DNA of 64,000 nucleotides from Firmicutes bacterium CAG:460 (GTDB lineage Bacteria; Bacillota_I; Bacilli_A; RF39; UBA660): NCBI GenBank assembly GCA_000437355.1, contig FR899762.1, positions 45,395 to 109,394 of the forward strand, read 5' to 3'. Shown piece by piece: positions 55,189 to 64,000 of this stretch (position 1 is its first letter; each line of letters starts with the position of its first letter). The notes under the pieces were generated by a model. It saw only the letters and a program-made list of their open reading frames with translations, ran no database searches and was not told where the DNA came from. The position numbers and the translations under genes were made by a program.

Positions 55189-55782
55189 TTATTTTTTTCT
55201 TGATAGAACTATTAATCCAGCAAATCCTAAAATTAATACTCCAAATACTATACCAATTACAATACCATCAGTTTTACTTTCTTTACTTCCTTTACATGTA
55301 ATTCCAGCTACACTACATGCATCTTTAAAAGTTTTTTCTGTTACTGTAAGTTGTTTATCTTCTATTTTTTTAGCAACTATATCTGTATAATTTTCATCTT
55401 GATATGCTTTTAAGGCTTCATTAATTATTGTTTCACCTAATGAATCTTGCCATCCAAGGACATGATAAGTATTACCGATAATAACTAGTGGAATATATCC
55501 TGGGTCTTCTCCAACGTCTTTAGCTATGGCATTTGATAATTCTGAATTAGCTTTATCAGTATTTACTTGATATGTTACAATTTCAAAATAATCTTCATAT
55601 GCATCATATTTATCCCCGAAATAACTAATTAAATTGTGACAGTTTTTACATGTACTACTCCAGAATAGATAAACTTTAACTTTTTCATGGTCTGTTTTTT
55701 CTGGAACATTTATTTTGGCACTAACATTTGGTATTAAAACAATACTTAATGCCACTAAAATTGTTAATAAGAACTTCTTCAT
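55189..55782 (-). CDS. Exported thioredoxin-fold CxxC protein with C-terminal TM anchor (paralog 1)
   Basis: Signal peptide, WSSTCKNCHNL CxxC, C-terminal GIVIGIVFGVLILGFAGLIVLSRKK. Confidence 0.55.
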   Translation of the reverse strand: MKKFLLTILVALSIVLIPNVSAKINVPEKTDHEKVKVYLFWSSTCKNCHNLISYFGDKYDAYEDYFEIVTYQVNTDKANSELSNAIAKDVGEDPGYIPLVIIGNTYHVLGWQDSLGETIINEALKAYQDENYTDIVAKKIEDKQLTVTEKTFKDACSVAGITCKGSKESKTDGIVIGIVFGVLILGFAGLIVLSRKK

Positions 55783-55788
55783 TTAAAC

Positions 55789-56424
55789 CTACTTTCTTGA
55801 AATGAATACAAGACCTGCAAAACCTAGAATTATTACACTAAATACTATAGCTATTACAGCTCCATCTGATATTTTATTGTTATCTTTAGAATAATTTTCT
55901 TCAGTTTTAGCAGCAGTTGATTGATTTTCTGGTTTTATCCCTTCAGATGTTGCAGCTTCACTGATTGTTTCAGCTGTTGGTTTTAATTTATTGCTTTTTA
56001 TTGCTTTTGCAACTATATCTGTATATTTTTTATCTTGGTATGCTTCTAAGGCAGCATTAATAATTTCTTCTCCTGAATCATCTCCGAACCCTAGTAAATG
56101 ATAATCATCACCAACTACGATAAATGGAACAGCACCGTTTTCTTCTTCGCCAACTATTTTTTTAACAGCAAACATAAGATTTTGATTTGTACTATTATTC
56201 CAAGATTCATATGTTACGATTTCAAAATAATCATCATATGTTTCATATTTATCAGCAAAGTATGTTAAAAAATCATAGCAATGTGAACATCCTGCTCCAC
56301 GGAATAAATATACTTTGACCTTTTCATGGTCTGTTTTTTCTGGTAATTCTATTTTACTTGCTTTAACATTTGTTGCAAATAATAATGTGATTACACCTAT
56401 AAATAAAACTATAAACTTCTTCAT
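55789..56424 (-). CDS. Exported thioredoxin-fold CxxC protein with C-terminal TM anchor (paralog 2)
   Basis: GGAGGG RBS precedes the ATG at 56424. GAGCSHCYDF CxxC. Shares PEKTDHEKVKVYLF, DYFEIVTY and YTDIVAK with the neighbouring gene. Confidence 0.55.
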   Translation of the reverse strand: MKKFIVLFIGVITLLFATNVKASKIELPEKTDHEKVKVYLFRGAGCSHCYDFLTYFADKYETYDDYFEIVTYESWNNSTNQNLMFAVKKIVGEEENGAVPFIVVGDDYHLLGFGDDSGEEIINAALEAYQDKKYTDIVAKAIKSNKLKPTAETISEAATSEGIKPENQSTAAKTEENYSKDNNKISDGAVIAIVFSVIILGFAGLVFISRK

Positions 56425-56443
56425 TTTTTCCCTCCGATACTTA

Positions 56444-57700
56444 TTATACTTTGTTTGTTTCATTTTGTATAGTCTTTTTTGAAATATATTTTGTATGAAG
56501 TGGTATATTATTCTTACTTATATAAGATATGTAAGCATCCTGAATCTTAGGATTTCTATATGCTTCTTTAATTTTTTCTTCATTATCTTTTTTATATAAA
56601 CTTTGAATTCGATTTTCACGGACTTCTTTCATATCTTTAATTGCTCCGAGTGGTTGACCCGCTCCGCCGATACATCCTCCTGGACAAGCCATTACTTCTA
56701 CAAAATCATATTTTTTTAATTCATCATATTTAGAACTTACTGTTGATAACTTGTTTATAACTGCAACTTTTAAATAGTATTTTCCAAGGTCTACAGTTGT
56801 TGTTTTAAAATCACTTTCATTACGTACTTCATCTAAATGATAAAATTTTACAGGAGCAACTTTTCCATTTATCATATAGTATGCTGTTCTTAAAACTGCT
56901 TCGGTTACTCCACCGGAAGCCCCGAATATAAGACCACTCGTAGATGATGCCCCCATTAAAGAGTCATATTCTTCATCTTTTAAACTATTAAAATCTATAT
57001 TCGTTTCACGGATTAACATAGCAAGTTCACGGGTTGTAATTACAAAATCAGTTTCAGGATGATACATTTTTTCAGTTTTCTTAGCAACACAAGGAGCTAT
57101 GGCAACAGTTATTATTTTATCTTTTGGAATATCATACATATCACTAAAATAAGTTTTTATCATTGTTGATTGCATAGATATTGGGCTTTTGCAAGAACTT
57201 AAGTTTTCTAATTGTTCAGGATGGAATTTTTCCATATATAAAACCCAGGATGGACAACAACTGGTAAAAAGAGGTGTTTTTTTATGTTTTAATCTTTCTA
57301 CAAGTTCATTTGCTTCTTCCATGATTGTTAAATCTGCACCGAATGTTGTATCAAAACAATAATCAAAACCTATTTTCTTTAATGCACTTACCATTTTGCC
57401 TTCTAAAAATGTCCCACTTGGAAAACCAAATTCATCACCGATTGCTACTCTTACAGCGGGAGCAGTAAAAGCTACTACACACATATCTGTATCATTAATA
57501 TAATTAAGAACTTTTTTATATTCAAATTTGGGTATTAAGGCTCCACTTGGGCATGTTAAAATACATTGTCCACAATTTATACAGTCAGCACCAATGTTAT
57601 TAATACTTTTACAAGTTTTTTTACACATACCACAATTTAAGCATTTTTCTTCAATTCTATCTATGCTTAAGTTACTTGGTTTTATTTCAATTCTATTCAT
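56444..57700 (-). CDS. [FeFe]-hydrogenase-like protein (2x[4Fe-4S] ferredoxin domain plus H-cluster domain)
   Basis: CLNCGMCKKTC / CINCGQCILTCP. H-cluster motifs FTSCCPSWV, APCVAKKTE, EVMACPGGCIGGAGQP. Confidence 0.8.
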   Translation of the reverse strand: MNRIEIKPSNLSIDRIEEKCLNCGMCKKTCKSINNIGADCINCGQCILTCPSGALIPKFEYKKVLNYINDTDMCVVAFTAPAVRVAIGDEFGFPSGTFLEGKMVSALKKIGFDYCFDTTFGADLTIMEEANELVERLKHKKTPLFTSCCPSWVLYMEKFHPEQLENLSSCKSPISMQSTMIKTYFSDMYDIPKDKIITVAIAPCVAKKTEKMYHPETDFVITTRELAMLIRETNIDFNSLKDEEYDSLMGASSTSGLIFGASGGVTEAVLRTAYYMINGKVAPVKFYHLDEVRNESDFKTTTVDLGKYYLKVAVINKLSTVSSKYDELKKYDFVEVMACPGGCIGGAGQPLGAIKDMKEVRENRIQSLYKKDNEEKIKEAYRNPKIQDAYISYISKNNIPLHTKYISKKTIQNETNKV

Positions 57701-58254
57701 TATTCACCTTTAACTAGTATTTTATAAAATTTTACTAATTTTACTAGTATTTCTTGTTCTTCAATCTTTATTTCATTTGTGGCAATTAAGGTTGCAAGTC
57801 CATTTGCATATAACCACATGTTCATAAATAAATTCTTGGCATCTTCAAAACTATAACCATGCTTATTAACAAGATTTATAATAGTACTTTGGTTCCATTT
57901 TTCATCTAAAACATTTTCGATAGATTTCCATTTTAAATTATTACTTAAAAATAAGCTAATAAATAAGTTTTTGTATTCTTGTGCAAATTCGACATAAGCA
58001 ATACATAATGTTAATAAAGCTTTTTTACTATCTATTCTACTAGTTAAAAATTCATCGTATTGATGAGCAATTTCTTTGTAAATATCTTCTTTGATTTCAT
58101 CCATGTTGTTATAAATTCGATATAATGGTTTAGTTGATACTCCGAGGCGTGTTGCTAAACTTCTTGCATTAACACTGTCCCAGCCATTTTCATTGACCAT
58201 TTTTACTGCTACTTTTACAATTCTGTCTTTTGTTAATTCAACCACTGCTGGCAT
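57700..58254 (-). CDS. TetR-family transcriptional regulator
   Basis: N-terminal HTH (VNARSLATRLGVSTKPLYRIYNNMDEI). Stop overlaps the hydrogenase ATG (TAATG). Confidence 0.8.
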   Translation of the reverse strand: MPAVVELTKDRIVKVAVKMVNENGWDSVNARSLATRLGVSTKPLYRIYNNMDEIKEDIYKEIAHQYDEFLTSRIDSKKALLTLCIAYVEFAQEYKNLFISLFLSNNLKWKSIENVLDEKWNQSTIINLVNKHGYSFEDAKNLFMNMWLYANGLATLIATNEIKIEEQEILVKLVKFYKILVKGE

Positions 58255-58411
58255 AAATAGTCCACCTCACTTTATTACTCTATGGTAACTTATGTTTCTA
58301 TTATATCACAACCAAAGTAGCAAAAAAAGTACTTTTGCTAAATTTTGTAAATTTTATTTGTCATAAAATTCGTATTTGGCTGTATTTTATTAATTTAAAA
58401 AAGCACAAATA

Positions 58412-59668
58412 TTAGTTTTGTGATTTTTCTAACCAATTATTTTTTTCAACTGTTTTGGTTACTAACATAGATGATGCTGTGTCTCCGATGACATTTAATA
58501 AAGTTGCTGGGGCATCAATAATTGTTGCTATAATTGTTAAAATAGGAAGGGCAGCAACATTATAGTTTAGCATAGAAAGTATTAACATTTCACTGATTGT
58601 TCCACCGCCGATTGGAACTGCTGTTACAAGAAGAGTGGCTAAAAGAGCTATACCTAATACTTTAGTAAAATCCCCAATAGTTAAAAGAGATGTTCCAAAT
58701 AAATTTACTAAAAACATTATTTTAAATACACTACCCATGCATGAACCATCTTTATGAAAACTTGTACCTAGGGAAACTGTCGTTTCTGCAATATCATTTG
58801 GAACACCAATTTTTTTAGTGCAACTTATATTTATTGGGACACTTGCTGCTGATGAACACGTACCAACTGCTGTTAATGCTACCGGTAAAATATTTTTCCA
58901 AAATAATTTAATGCCCTTTTTTCTTCCTGCAATAAAGGCATATAGCGTATAAAATATAAACATAAATAAAATAGATGTAATTGTAAAAACTATAAATGTT
59001 TTTAAGAAACCTAGAGCAATTGTACTTCCGATGGAACCAACTAAATTTGCAAAATAACAACCCAGCCCAATTGGAGCATAATACATTATAATTTCAATTA
59101 ATTTATACATTACCTCACTAAAACTCTCAAAGAAATCTGCTACTTTTCTTCCCTTAGTTCCTGCTTTATTAATAGCTAAACCTAATAAAATAGACATAAT
59201 TATTAAAGCTACTAAATTATCTGTTGATAAAAGGTTAATAAATGAATTAGTTGATAAAACATTAACTGTTCTTTCTAAAATATTTATTTTTGGTGTTACA
59301 TTTTCATTATTTTTAAATGTTTCTTGGATTAAAACAGTATCTTCTTTATTTACTAAATCTATAAATGAGGTTGTTAACAGTGCAAAAAGACAAGCAATAA
59401 CTGATGTTATTAAAAATATTATAAAAGTATTAATTATTATTTTACTTAATCTTTTTTTATTACTCATTTTAGATATTGATGATGTAATAGTAAAAAATAT
59501 TAAAGGTACTATTATTACAAGTAAAATATTTAAAAATAAATCTCCGAGTGGTTTTACAATACTTGTTTTTTCTTTAAAAATTAATCCGCAGATTGTTCCA
59601 ATTATGACACTTACTAAAAGAATTATGGTACTTTTGTAGTTTTTTATTATTTTTTTCAAATTACTCAC
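58412..59668 (-). CDS. Dicarboxylate/amino acid:cation symporter (DAACS family)
   Basis: 418 aa, about 8 TM plus re-entrant loops. GTCSSAASVP and DAPATLLNVIGD motifs. Confidence 0.8.
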   Translation of the reverse strand: MSNLKKIIKNYKSTIILLVSVIIGTICGLIFKEKTSIVKPLGDLFLNILLVIIVPLIFFTITSSISKMSNKKRLSKIIINTFIIFLITSVIACLFALLTTSFIDLVNKEDTVLIQETFKNNENVTPKINILERTVNVLSTNSFINLLSTDNLVALIIMSILLGLAINKAGTKGRKVADFFESFSEVMYKLIEIIMYYAPIGLGCYFANLVGSIGSTIALGFLKTFIVFTITSILFMFIFYTLYAFIAGRKKGIKLFWKNILPVALTAVGTCSSAASVPINISCTKKIGVPNDIAETTVSLGTSFHKDGSCMGSVFKIMFLVNLFGTSLLTIGDFTKVLGIALLATLLVTAVPIGGGTISEMLILSMLNYNVAALPILTIIATIIDAPATLLNVIGDTASSMLVTKTVEKNNWLEKSQN

Positions 59669-59725
59669 CTTACAAAATTATATTTGTAAGAATATTTTTT
59701 ATAACAAAAAAACGCTTTTAAAGCG

Positions 59726-60502
59726 TTATTTTAGAGAAGGAAGATTAAAATCATCATCTTCATCATTATCATAATATTTAATAAATGAATTATTTACTTC
59801 TGGTTTTATCTCTTCTTTTAGTTCAATTTCTTCTTGTGGTGTATATGGCAACAATTTTCTTTTCTTAAACGATATTAGTGGGCGATTTAAGAATTTACTA
59901 AACTTGCCATTGCTTTTGTTGGTTTTTAATTTTATTATTTTAAATATGTCTTTGATTATTACATAAACTGCTGGAACTAAAACACAGATTAACCAACCAG
60001 CTTTTGTTGCAAGGAAGAATTGTACTCTTCCAAGTTGAGGAATTCTTAATGCAACTTTACCAACAATATTAGCAAACTCTACATCTACTCCATCATCAAC
60101 TAGATTATAGTCACCCTTAGTAGTGTAATGATAGTTGCCACTGGCATCCTTATTTATAGCTATGACACGGTGAGTAATTGTTCCTCCGTGAACACCGGGT
60201 ATACTGGAATTAAATGTAATTACATCATTTATCTTTATATCTTCAGGCTTATCAACTTTTACATCAACAACTACATCATATACATTAATATTTGGGGTCA
60301 TACTTGGAGTAATTATGGTATATAAAGAGAATTTTGGTTCATGTCCACTACCTTTGGCAGCATAAATTCTTACTGCTACAAAGTAATAAACTAAAGCAAC
60401 CATGATAAGAATTAACAAAGTAAAAACCGTCCAACTGATAATAGTTGAAATAAATCTTAATGTTTCCCGAAAATTAGACTTCTTTTTTACTTCGGAGTTC
60501 AT
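59726..60502 (-). CDS. Signal peptidase I (SipW/archaeal-eukaryal type) with C-terminal extension
   Basis: TM anchor, then IITPSMTPNINVYDVVVD (catalytic Ser box), HRV..., TKGDYN. Confidence 0.7.
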   Translation of the reverse strand: MNSEVKKKSNFRETLRFISTIISWTVFTLLILIMVALVYYFVAVRIYAAKGSGHEPKFSLYTIITPSMTPNINVYDVVVDVKVDKPEDIKINDVITFNSSIPGVHGGTITHRVIAINKDASGNYHYTTKGDYNLVDDGVDVEFANIVGKVALRIPQLGRVQFFLATKAGWLICVLVPAVYVIIKDIFKIIKLKTNKSNGKFSKFLNRPLISFKKRKLLPYTPQEEIELKEEIKPEVNNSFIKYYDNDEDDDFNLPSLK

Positions 60503-60614
60503 ATCACACTTCCCTTATTCTTTTTTATTATAACCAAATATTCGACAAATAGCAATAAACATTGATAAATTTGGCGTAAAAAATAGACAATTATTGGCAT
60601 TATTTTTGTTTTTT

Positions 60615-60668
60615 CATTTGAAGTGGTGTTTTGGGTGTTGCAGACCCATGCCTTAATGGTGACTACTT
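60615..60668 (-). pseudogene. Degenerate, inverted tRNA-Cys fragment
   Basis: Minus strand GTAGTCACCATTAAGGCATGGGTCTGCAACACCCAAAACACCACTTCAAAT aligns with the D-arm to T-arm of the intact tRNA-Cys. The 16-nt anticodon arm is identical (60633-60648 versus 60961-60976). Acceptor and T stems are lost. Confidence 0.6.
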
Positions 60669-60934
60669 TTGATATTTTAATTATACAACAGCATTATTTA
60701 TAAAACAGCATTATTTTCTACCAAGTAGTCAAATGTTACTGCAGTATTTAAAAAGTTTTTGGTGAAATATTTGTTTCTTTAGATACTTTGTTTATAATAT
60801 GTCAAAAATATAATGTAGATATTAAAACTTTTTTTGATAATAATGAATAAAAAACTAAAAATTGTATAAAATTTAGTATAATTTGCATTATTTACTTTAC
60901 AAAATGGCAAATTTATATTAAAATTATCTTACGT

Positions 60935-61009
60935 GGAACCGTAGCCAAGTGGCTAAGGCGTGGGTCTGCAACACCCTGATCACCAGTTCGAATCTGGTCG
61001 GTTCCTCCA
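60935..61009 (+). tRNA. tRNA-Cys (anticodon GCA)
   Basis: GGAACCGTAGCCAAGTGGCTAAGGCGTGGGTCTGCAACACCCTGATCACCAGTTCGAATCTGGTCGGTTCCTCCA. It has a 7-bp acceptor stem, T arm CCAGTTCGAATCTGG, U73 discriminator and encoded CCA. TTTACA-17-TAAAAT promoter just upstream. Confidence 0.9.
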
Positions 61010-61019
61010 ATTAGTAATC

Positions 61020-61045
61020 AAAGCCCTGTTATTTGGGCTTTTTTT
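61020..61045 (+). terminator. Rho-independent terminator after tRNA-Cys
   Basis: AAGCCC-N8-GGGCTT followed by a T-run. Confidence 0.65.
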
Positions 61046-61085
61046 GATGCAAAAAAAGATAATATTTAATATTACCCTTTTATGA

Positions 61086-61547
61086 TTATTTTTCTCTTTT
61101 TACTATATCTGTTGATGATACATCACAAATATTATTGTTTTTGTCATTATCTTTACCAATATGAATGTCTTTAGATACTACCATACCATCTGTCATTTTA
61201 TTACATACAACTATGGTAAAATCATCTTTTTTGTATATTTTAGTTCCACCATCTTTTAAAGTAGTACTTTTTGTTTCTTTATCTAACTTACTTATGAAAC
61301 TATCTAAAGAATTATCAACTAAATATTCATTTAAAGAGATACTCTTATTATCTTTAGTTAGATTTATGTTTTCATAACATGCTAGATAAACAGTTCTTTC
61401 ATCATCCATATAATATAAAGTTTCATTACTACATTCAGTGCTTCCCACTGGAGTTATTTCATAACCATCTGCTAGAAGTTTGTCATTATCTTTTTGACAT
61501 CCACTTAAGCATAAAACTAAAATTGACAACAATATAATTTTTTTCAT
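61086..61547 (-). CDS. Lipoprotein, hypothetical
   Basis: MKKIILLSILVLCLSGCQ is a signal peptide with a lipobox (LSGC). Confidence 0.65.
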   Translation of the reverse strand: MKKIILLSILVLCLSGCQKDNDKLLADGYEITPVGSTECSNETLYYMDDERTVYLACYENINLTKDNKSISLNEYLVDNSLDSFISKLDKETKSTTLKDGGTKIYKKDDFTIVVCNKMTDGMVVSKDIHIGKDNDKNNNICDVSSTDIVKREK

Positions 61548-61625
61548 TTAAATCACATTCTCCTAACTGATATAAATATATCACATATTTAATCATAGTC
61601 AAGTCTTGTTCTCTTTATAACTTTC

Positions 61626-63239
61626 TTACTTTAATCTTATAGCATATTCTCTATTTCTAATAGTTATTAATAGATTAATTGCATCAGCATCATTTATTTC
61701 TCCATCTGTCTCTAAAATTAGTTTGTTTATAGTTCTTGATGGATTTTTATATTTAACATTAGCTACTTTGGATTTACCTAGTAAAGTATATTCTATTTTC
61801 ATAAAATTAGATGCAAAAGCATTTAAATCATTGATGTTTTGATAAGATGATGTTGTATTATCTAAAGTTAAGTCATAATCCATTACTATTAGAGAAACTT
61901 TATTTTGGTATGAAGAATCAGCTACTACAAAGTCGGTACATTTATATCTATCTGTTTTATAACCACAATCATATTGATATTCATATCTATTAGTAATAAG
62001 TACTGATTTTATGTTTATACTTGAATTTTTTAATGATGTACCTGATAAAGATACTAAATCATTTATACTAGCATTTCTTATTCTTTCTACTTTATCAAAT
62101 GTAGCTGGATTTAACTTAATTGTAGCTGTTTTAGCTAGAAAATCATTACTTTTAGTAGATGTCCCTAGATATAGAACTATTTTAAAATTACTATTTTTGT
62201 ATTTTTTATCTATTTCATATGCCATGATATATGTTTTATTTTCATTTACTTTTATGTAGTCATTCATGTATGGGTCTCCGAAATCAAGAAAATTATTACC
62301 TAAATTTAGAGAAGGATATACATAATTTTTGCCATAATAAAGTTTAAAATTATCATAGTTTATTCTTAAGTCTTTGTTAGTACTATTTTTTACTTCAAAT
62401 TTTATAACAACATAATAATTGTTATTACTTATTGTATTACCTTTTAAATCAAGATTAGTAATCATGCTATCAGTGATTTTGTAGATAAGAGAATTACTTG
62501 TAAATGTTTTATTTTCACTATAAGTATATTTAATTTTTTCGGTATTTTTATAAATTAAAAATCCTGATATAATTATTAAAATAATACCAATTAGATAAAA
62601 TATTTTCTTATTTTCTTCATAATAATATTTAAATTCACGGATAAATCTACGAATAGTTCTTTTAGCTTTATAATTGTCAAAATTTAAACTAAGTTCTATT
62701 TCTTCACTATCTTTATCTGTTATTTCTAGTTTTTTTAAATCACTTTTAAAATTAAATTGTTTAATATTAAATCCAAGACTTCGAATAAATGTAATAATTG
62801 GAAAAATAAAACTTGGATAAAAAATCATATTAGCAAAATCACGATATATTCTTGCACTTGCTGTATCCCACAGGCCTCTCGTTAAAGAAGAAATAAGGAT
62901 TGATGCAATGATAATAAATGTTAATAAAATCATGTAATAAATTATTGAAAATAAATAAAATTTACGAGGTTTTTTCTTTGTTTTTAAAAGAATATATATA
63001 AGTATTAAAGCTATAATTGTTAAAATAATACTTACATATAACCAATTACTAATTGTATCTTTTACTAATGTATCAGTAACTGCAACAGTATAGTTATTAG
63101 CTATGTAATCTTTAAAAAATGTTACTATAGTGTTAGTTTTAATTATGATAAACACACTTAAAATAGCTAGAATAAAATGAATTTTTCTAAAATTTTTAAT
63201 TAAAAATGCATATGGCTTTTTTAAAATCATTTTAACCAA
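61626..63239 (-). CDS. Hypothetical membrane protein with large extracellular C-terminal domain
   Basis: About 5 TM helices in the first 230 aa, then a beta-rich domain. No family recognised. Confidence 0.45.
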   Translation of the reverse strand: MVKMILKKPYAFLIKNFRKIHFILAILSVFIIIKTNTIVTFFKDYIANNYTVAVTDTLVKDTISNWLYVSIILTIIALILIYILLKTKKKPRKFYLFSIIYYMILLTFIIIASILISSLTRGLWDTASARIYRDFANMIFYPSFIFPIITFIRSLGFNIKQFNFKSDLKKLEITDKDSEEIELSLNFDNYKAKRTIRRFIREFKYYYEENKKIFYLIGIILIIISGFLIYKNTEKIKYTYSENKTFTSNSLIYKITDSMITNLDLKGNTISNNNYYVVIKFEVKNSTNKDLRINYDNFKLYYGKNYVYPSLNLGNNFLDFGDPYMNDYIKVNENKTYIMAYEIDKKYKNSNFKIVLYLGTSTKSNDFLAKTATIKLNPATFDKVERIRNASINDLVSLSGTSLKNSSINIKSVLITNRYEYQYDCGYKTDRYKCTDFVVADSSYQNKVSLIVMDYDLTLDNTTSSYQNINDLNAFASNFMKIEYTLLGKSKVANVKYKNPSRTINKLILETDGEINDADAINLLITIRNREYAIRLK

Positions 63240-63291
63240 CCCTTTTCTAATATAATTTTATCAAAAAAAACAACCTTTTGTAAAGTTGTTT

Positions 63292-63741
63292 CTATCTTTT
63301 TGTTACTAATACTTGGTCTTTTAGTAAATATATTGTTTCATTTTGATTAAGTAAGTCAAGTTTTGATATTTTAAATACTTTACTAACTGTATCTAGTGTA
63401 TCTCCTTCTGCAGTGATGTAATAACTATAATTGTTTTTAGGAATTAGTAGCTCTTGGCCAGGATAGATGTAATCTTCCATTTCTAAGCCATTAAGACTAG
63501 CAAGTAGTGTGGGATTTATATTATATTTTTCTGCTATCCTATATAAAGAATCTCCGCTTTCAATTACATAAGTATTAAAATACCTTTCTTCATTTTTAGG
63601 TATTATTATTTCCGTACCTGCCCTTAAATCACTATCAAAATATAAATTATTTATATGCATAAGTTCTTGGGGAGAAACATTAAATTTACTTGCTATTGTT
63701 TTAATATTTTCTCCATTTTTTACTAAATAATTATTAAACAC
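63292..63741 (-). CDS. LysM-repeat protein (three LysM domains)
   Basis: Three copies of the Y.V..GD(T/S)L..IA.K(F/Y)N(V/I)S...L...N pattern. Confidence 0.8.
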   Translation of the reverse strand: MFNNYLVKNGENIKTIASKFNVSPQELMHINNLYFDSDLRAGTEIIIPKNEERYFNTYVIESGDSLYRIAEKYNINPTLLASLNGLEMEDYIYPGQELLIPKNNYSYYITAEGDTLDTVSKVFKISKLDLLNQNETIYLLKDQVLVTKR

Positions 63742-63783
63742 ATTATCACTCCTAGTATAGGATATGTAAAATATTTATTTTAG

Positions 63784-64000
63784 TTAAAAGATAAATATCA
63801 TATTGTTGTTATTAAATTCCCACTCACTATATTTAAGTAATGTTTTTTCACCATATAATGGGTTAAAATAATATAATGTATCATTAGAAATGTAATAGAT
63901 ATCTAAATTATCAGTTTTAATAATTTTACTTACTTCTTTATTTGTTACTAAATAATCTTTGTTAAAACCGCCATATAATTTATTATCTTTTAAAGTATAA
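63784..64000 (-). CDS. Hypothetical protein, C-terminal fragment (gene starts beyond the right edge)
   Basis: Open minus-strand frame ...TLKDNKLYGGFNKDYLVTNKEVSKIIKTDNLDIYYISNDTLYYFNPLYGEKTLLKYSEWEFNNNNMIFIF ending in TAA at 63784-63786. Confidence 0.35.
   Translation of the reverse strand, partial: YTLKDNKLYGGFNKDYLVTNKEVSKIIKTDNLDIYYISNDTLYYFNPLYGEKTLLKYSEWEFNNNNMIFIF

Noticed and set aside
1-64000. Alternative genetic code (Mollicutes code 4), suggested by very low GC
   Set aside because: Trp is encoded by TGG in conserved proteins, and TGA closes hsdS exactly where the protein should end. All conserved genes are full-length under the standard code.

Overview
Very AT-rich (by eye roughly 25-30% GC) Bacillota-type chromosome segment using the standard code: TGG encodes Trp and hsdS ends in TGA. 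Almost everything is on the minus strand. Housekeeping blocks: rlmB-sigH-secE-nusG (5.4-7.6 kb); recG, PFOR and enolase (34.6-41.4 kb); rpsL-rpsG-fusA-tuf (44.7-48.9 kb); rplK-rplA-rplJ-rplL (51.6-53.9 kb); plus tRNA-Thr and tRNA-Cys. An accessory or defence island of about 24 kb (about 10.2-34.6 kb) sits between them, and I saw no integrase or transposase in it. The island holds a two-gene Lamassu-like pair (DUF4297/Cap4-type nuclease plus DUF3732 SMC-like ATPase). It also holds a fully overlapping type I R-M operon, hsdM-hsdS-ORF391-hsdR, with an unknown 391-aa gene in the position PrrC occupies in the E. coli prr locus. Further along are a NERD/zinc-ribbon protein and a DUF433/DUF5615 (PIN-like) toxin-antitoxin-like pair followed by an unannotated 52-aa peptide with 19 Cys. 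The most novel-looking part is a same-strand cluster at 24.6-33.0 kb. It encodes an XRE-HTH membrane protein, a 554-aa protein with two RNxxxH (HEPN-like) motifs, a multi-TM S41 peptidase whose GTG start lies 1 nt after the previous stop, a 74-aa TM protein, and a 1287-aa protein ending in a metallophosphoesterase domain. The 554-aa and 1287-aa genes have near-identical consensus promoters and equal-length leaders with unusual GGGGG Shine-Dalgarno sequences. Two paralogous small transcription units bounded by promoter and terminator (candidate sRNAs, 34.1 and 36.7 kb) expose C-rich linkers. The first linker is complementary to the GGGGGUUUU SD of the dual-HEPN gene (9/9). It is also complementary (14/15) to the 5' leader of a 34-aa hydrophobic, type-I-toxin-like ORF at 51.17 kb. 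Other oddities: rpoBC is absent between rplL and rpsL and is replaced by a WYL regulator plus a double-SIS protein; L11 has a 60-aa acidic tail; an inverted tRNA-Cys pseudogene lies near the real one; hsdS contains a 12-bp repeat; and a glycosyltransferase gene lacks an ATG/GTG/TTG start. All functional calls come from motif recognition by eye, and no database searches were run.
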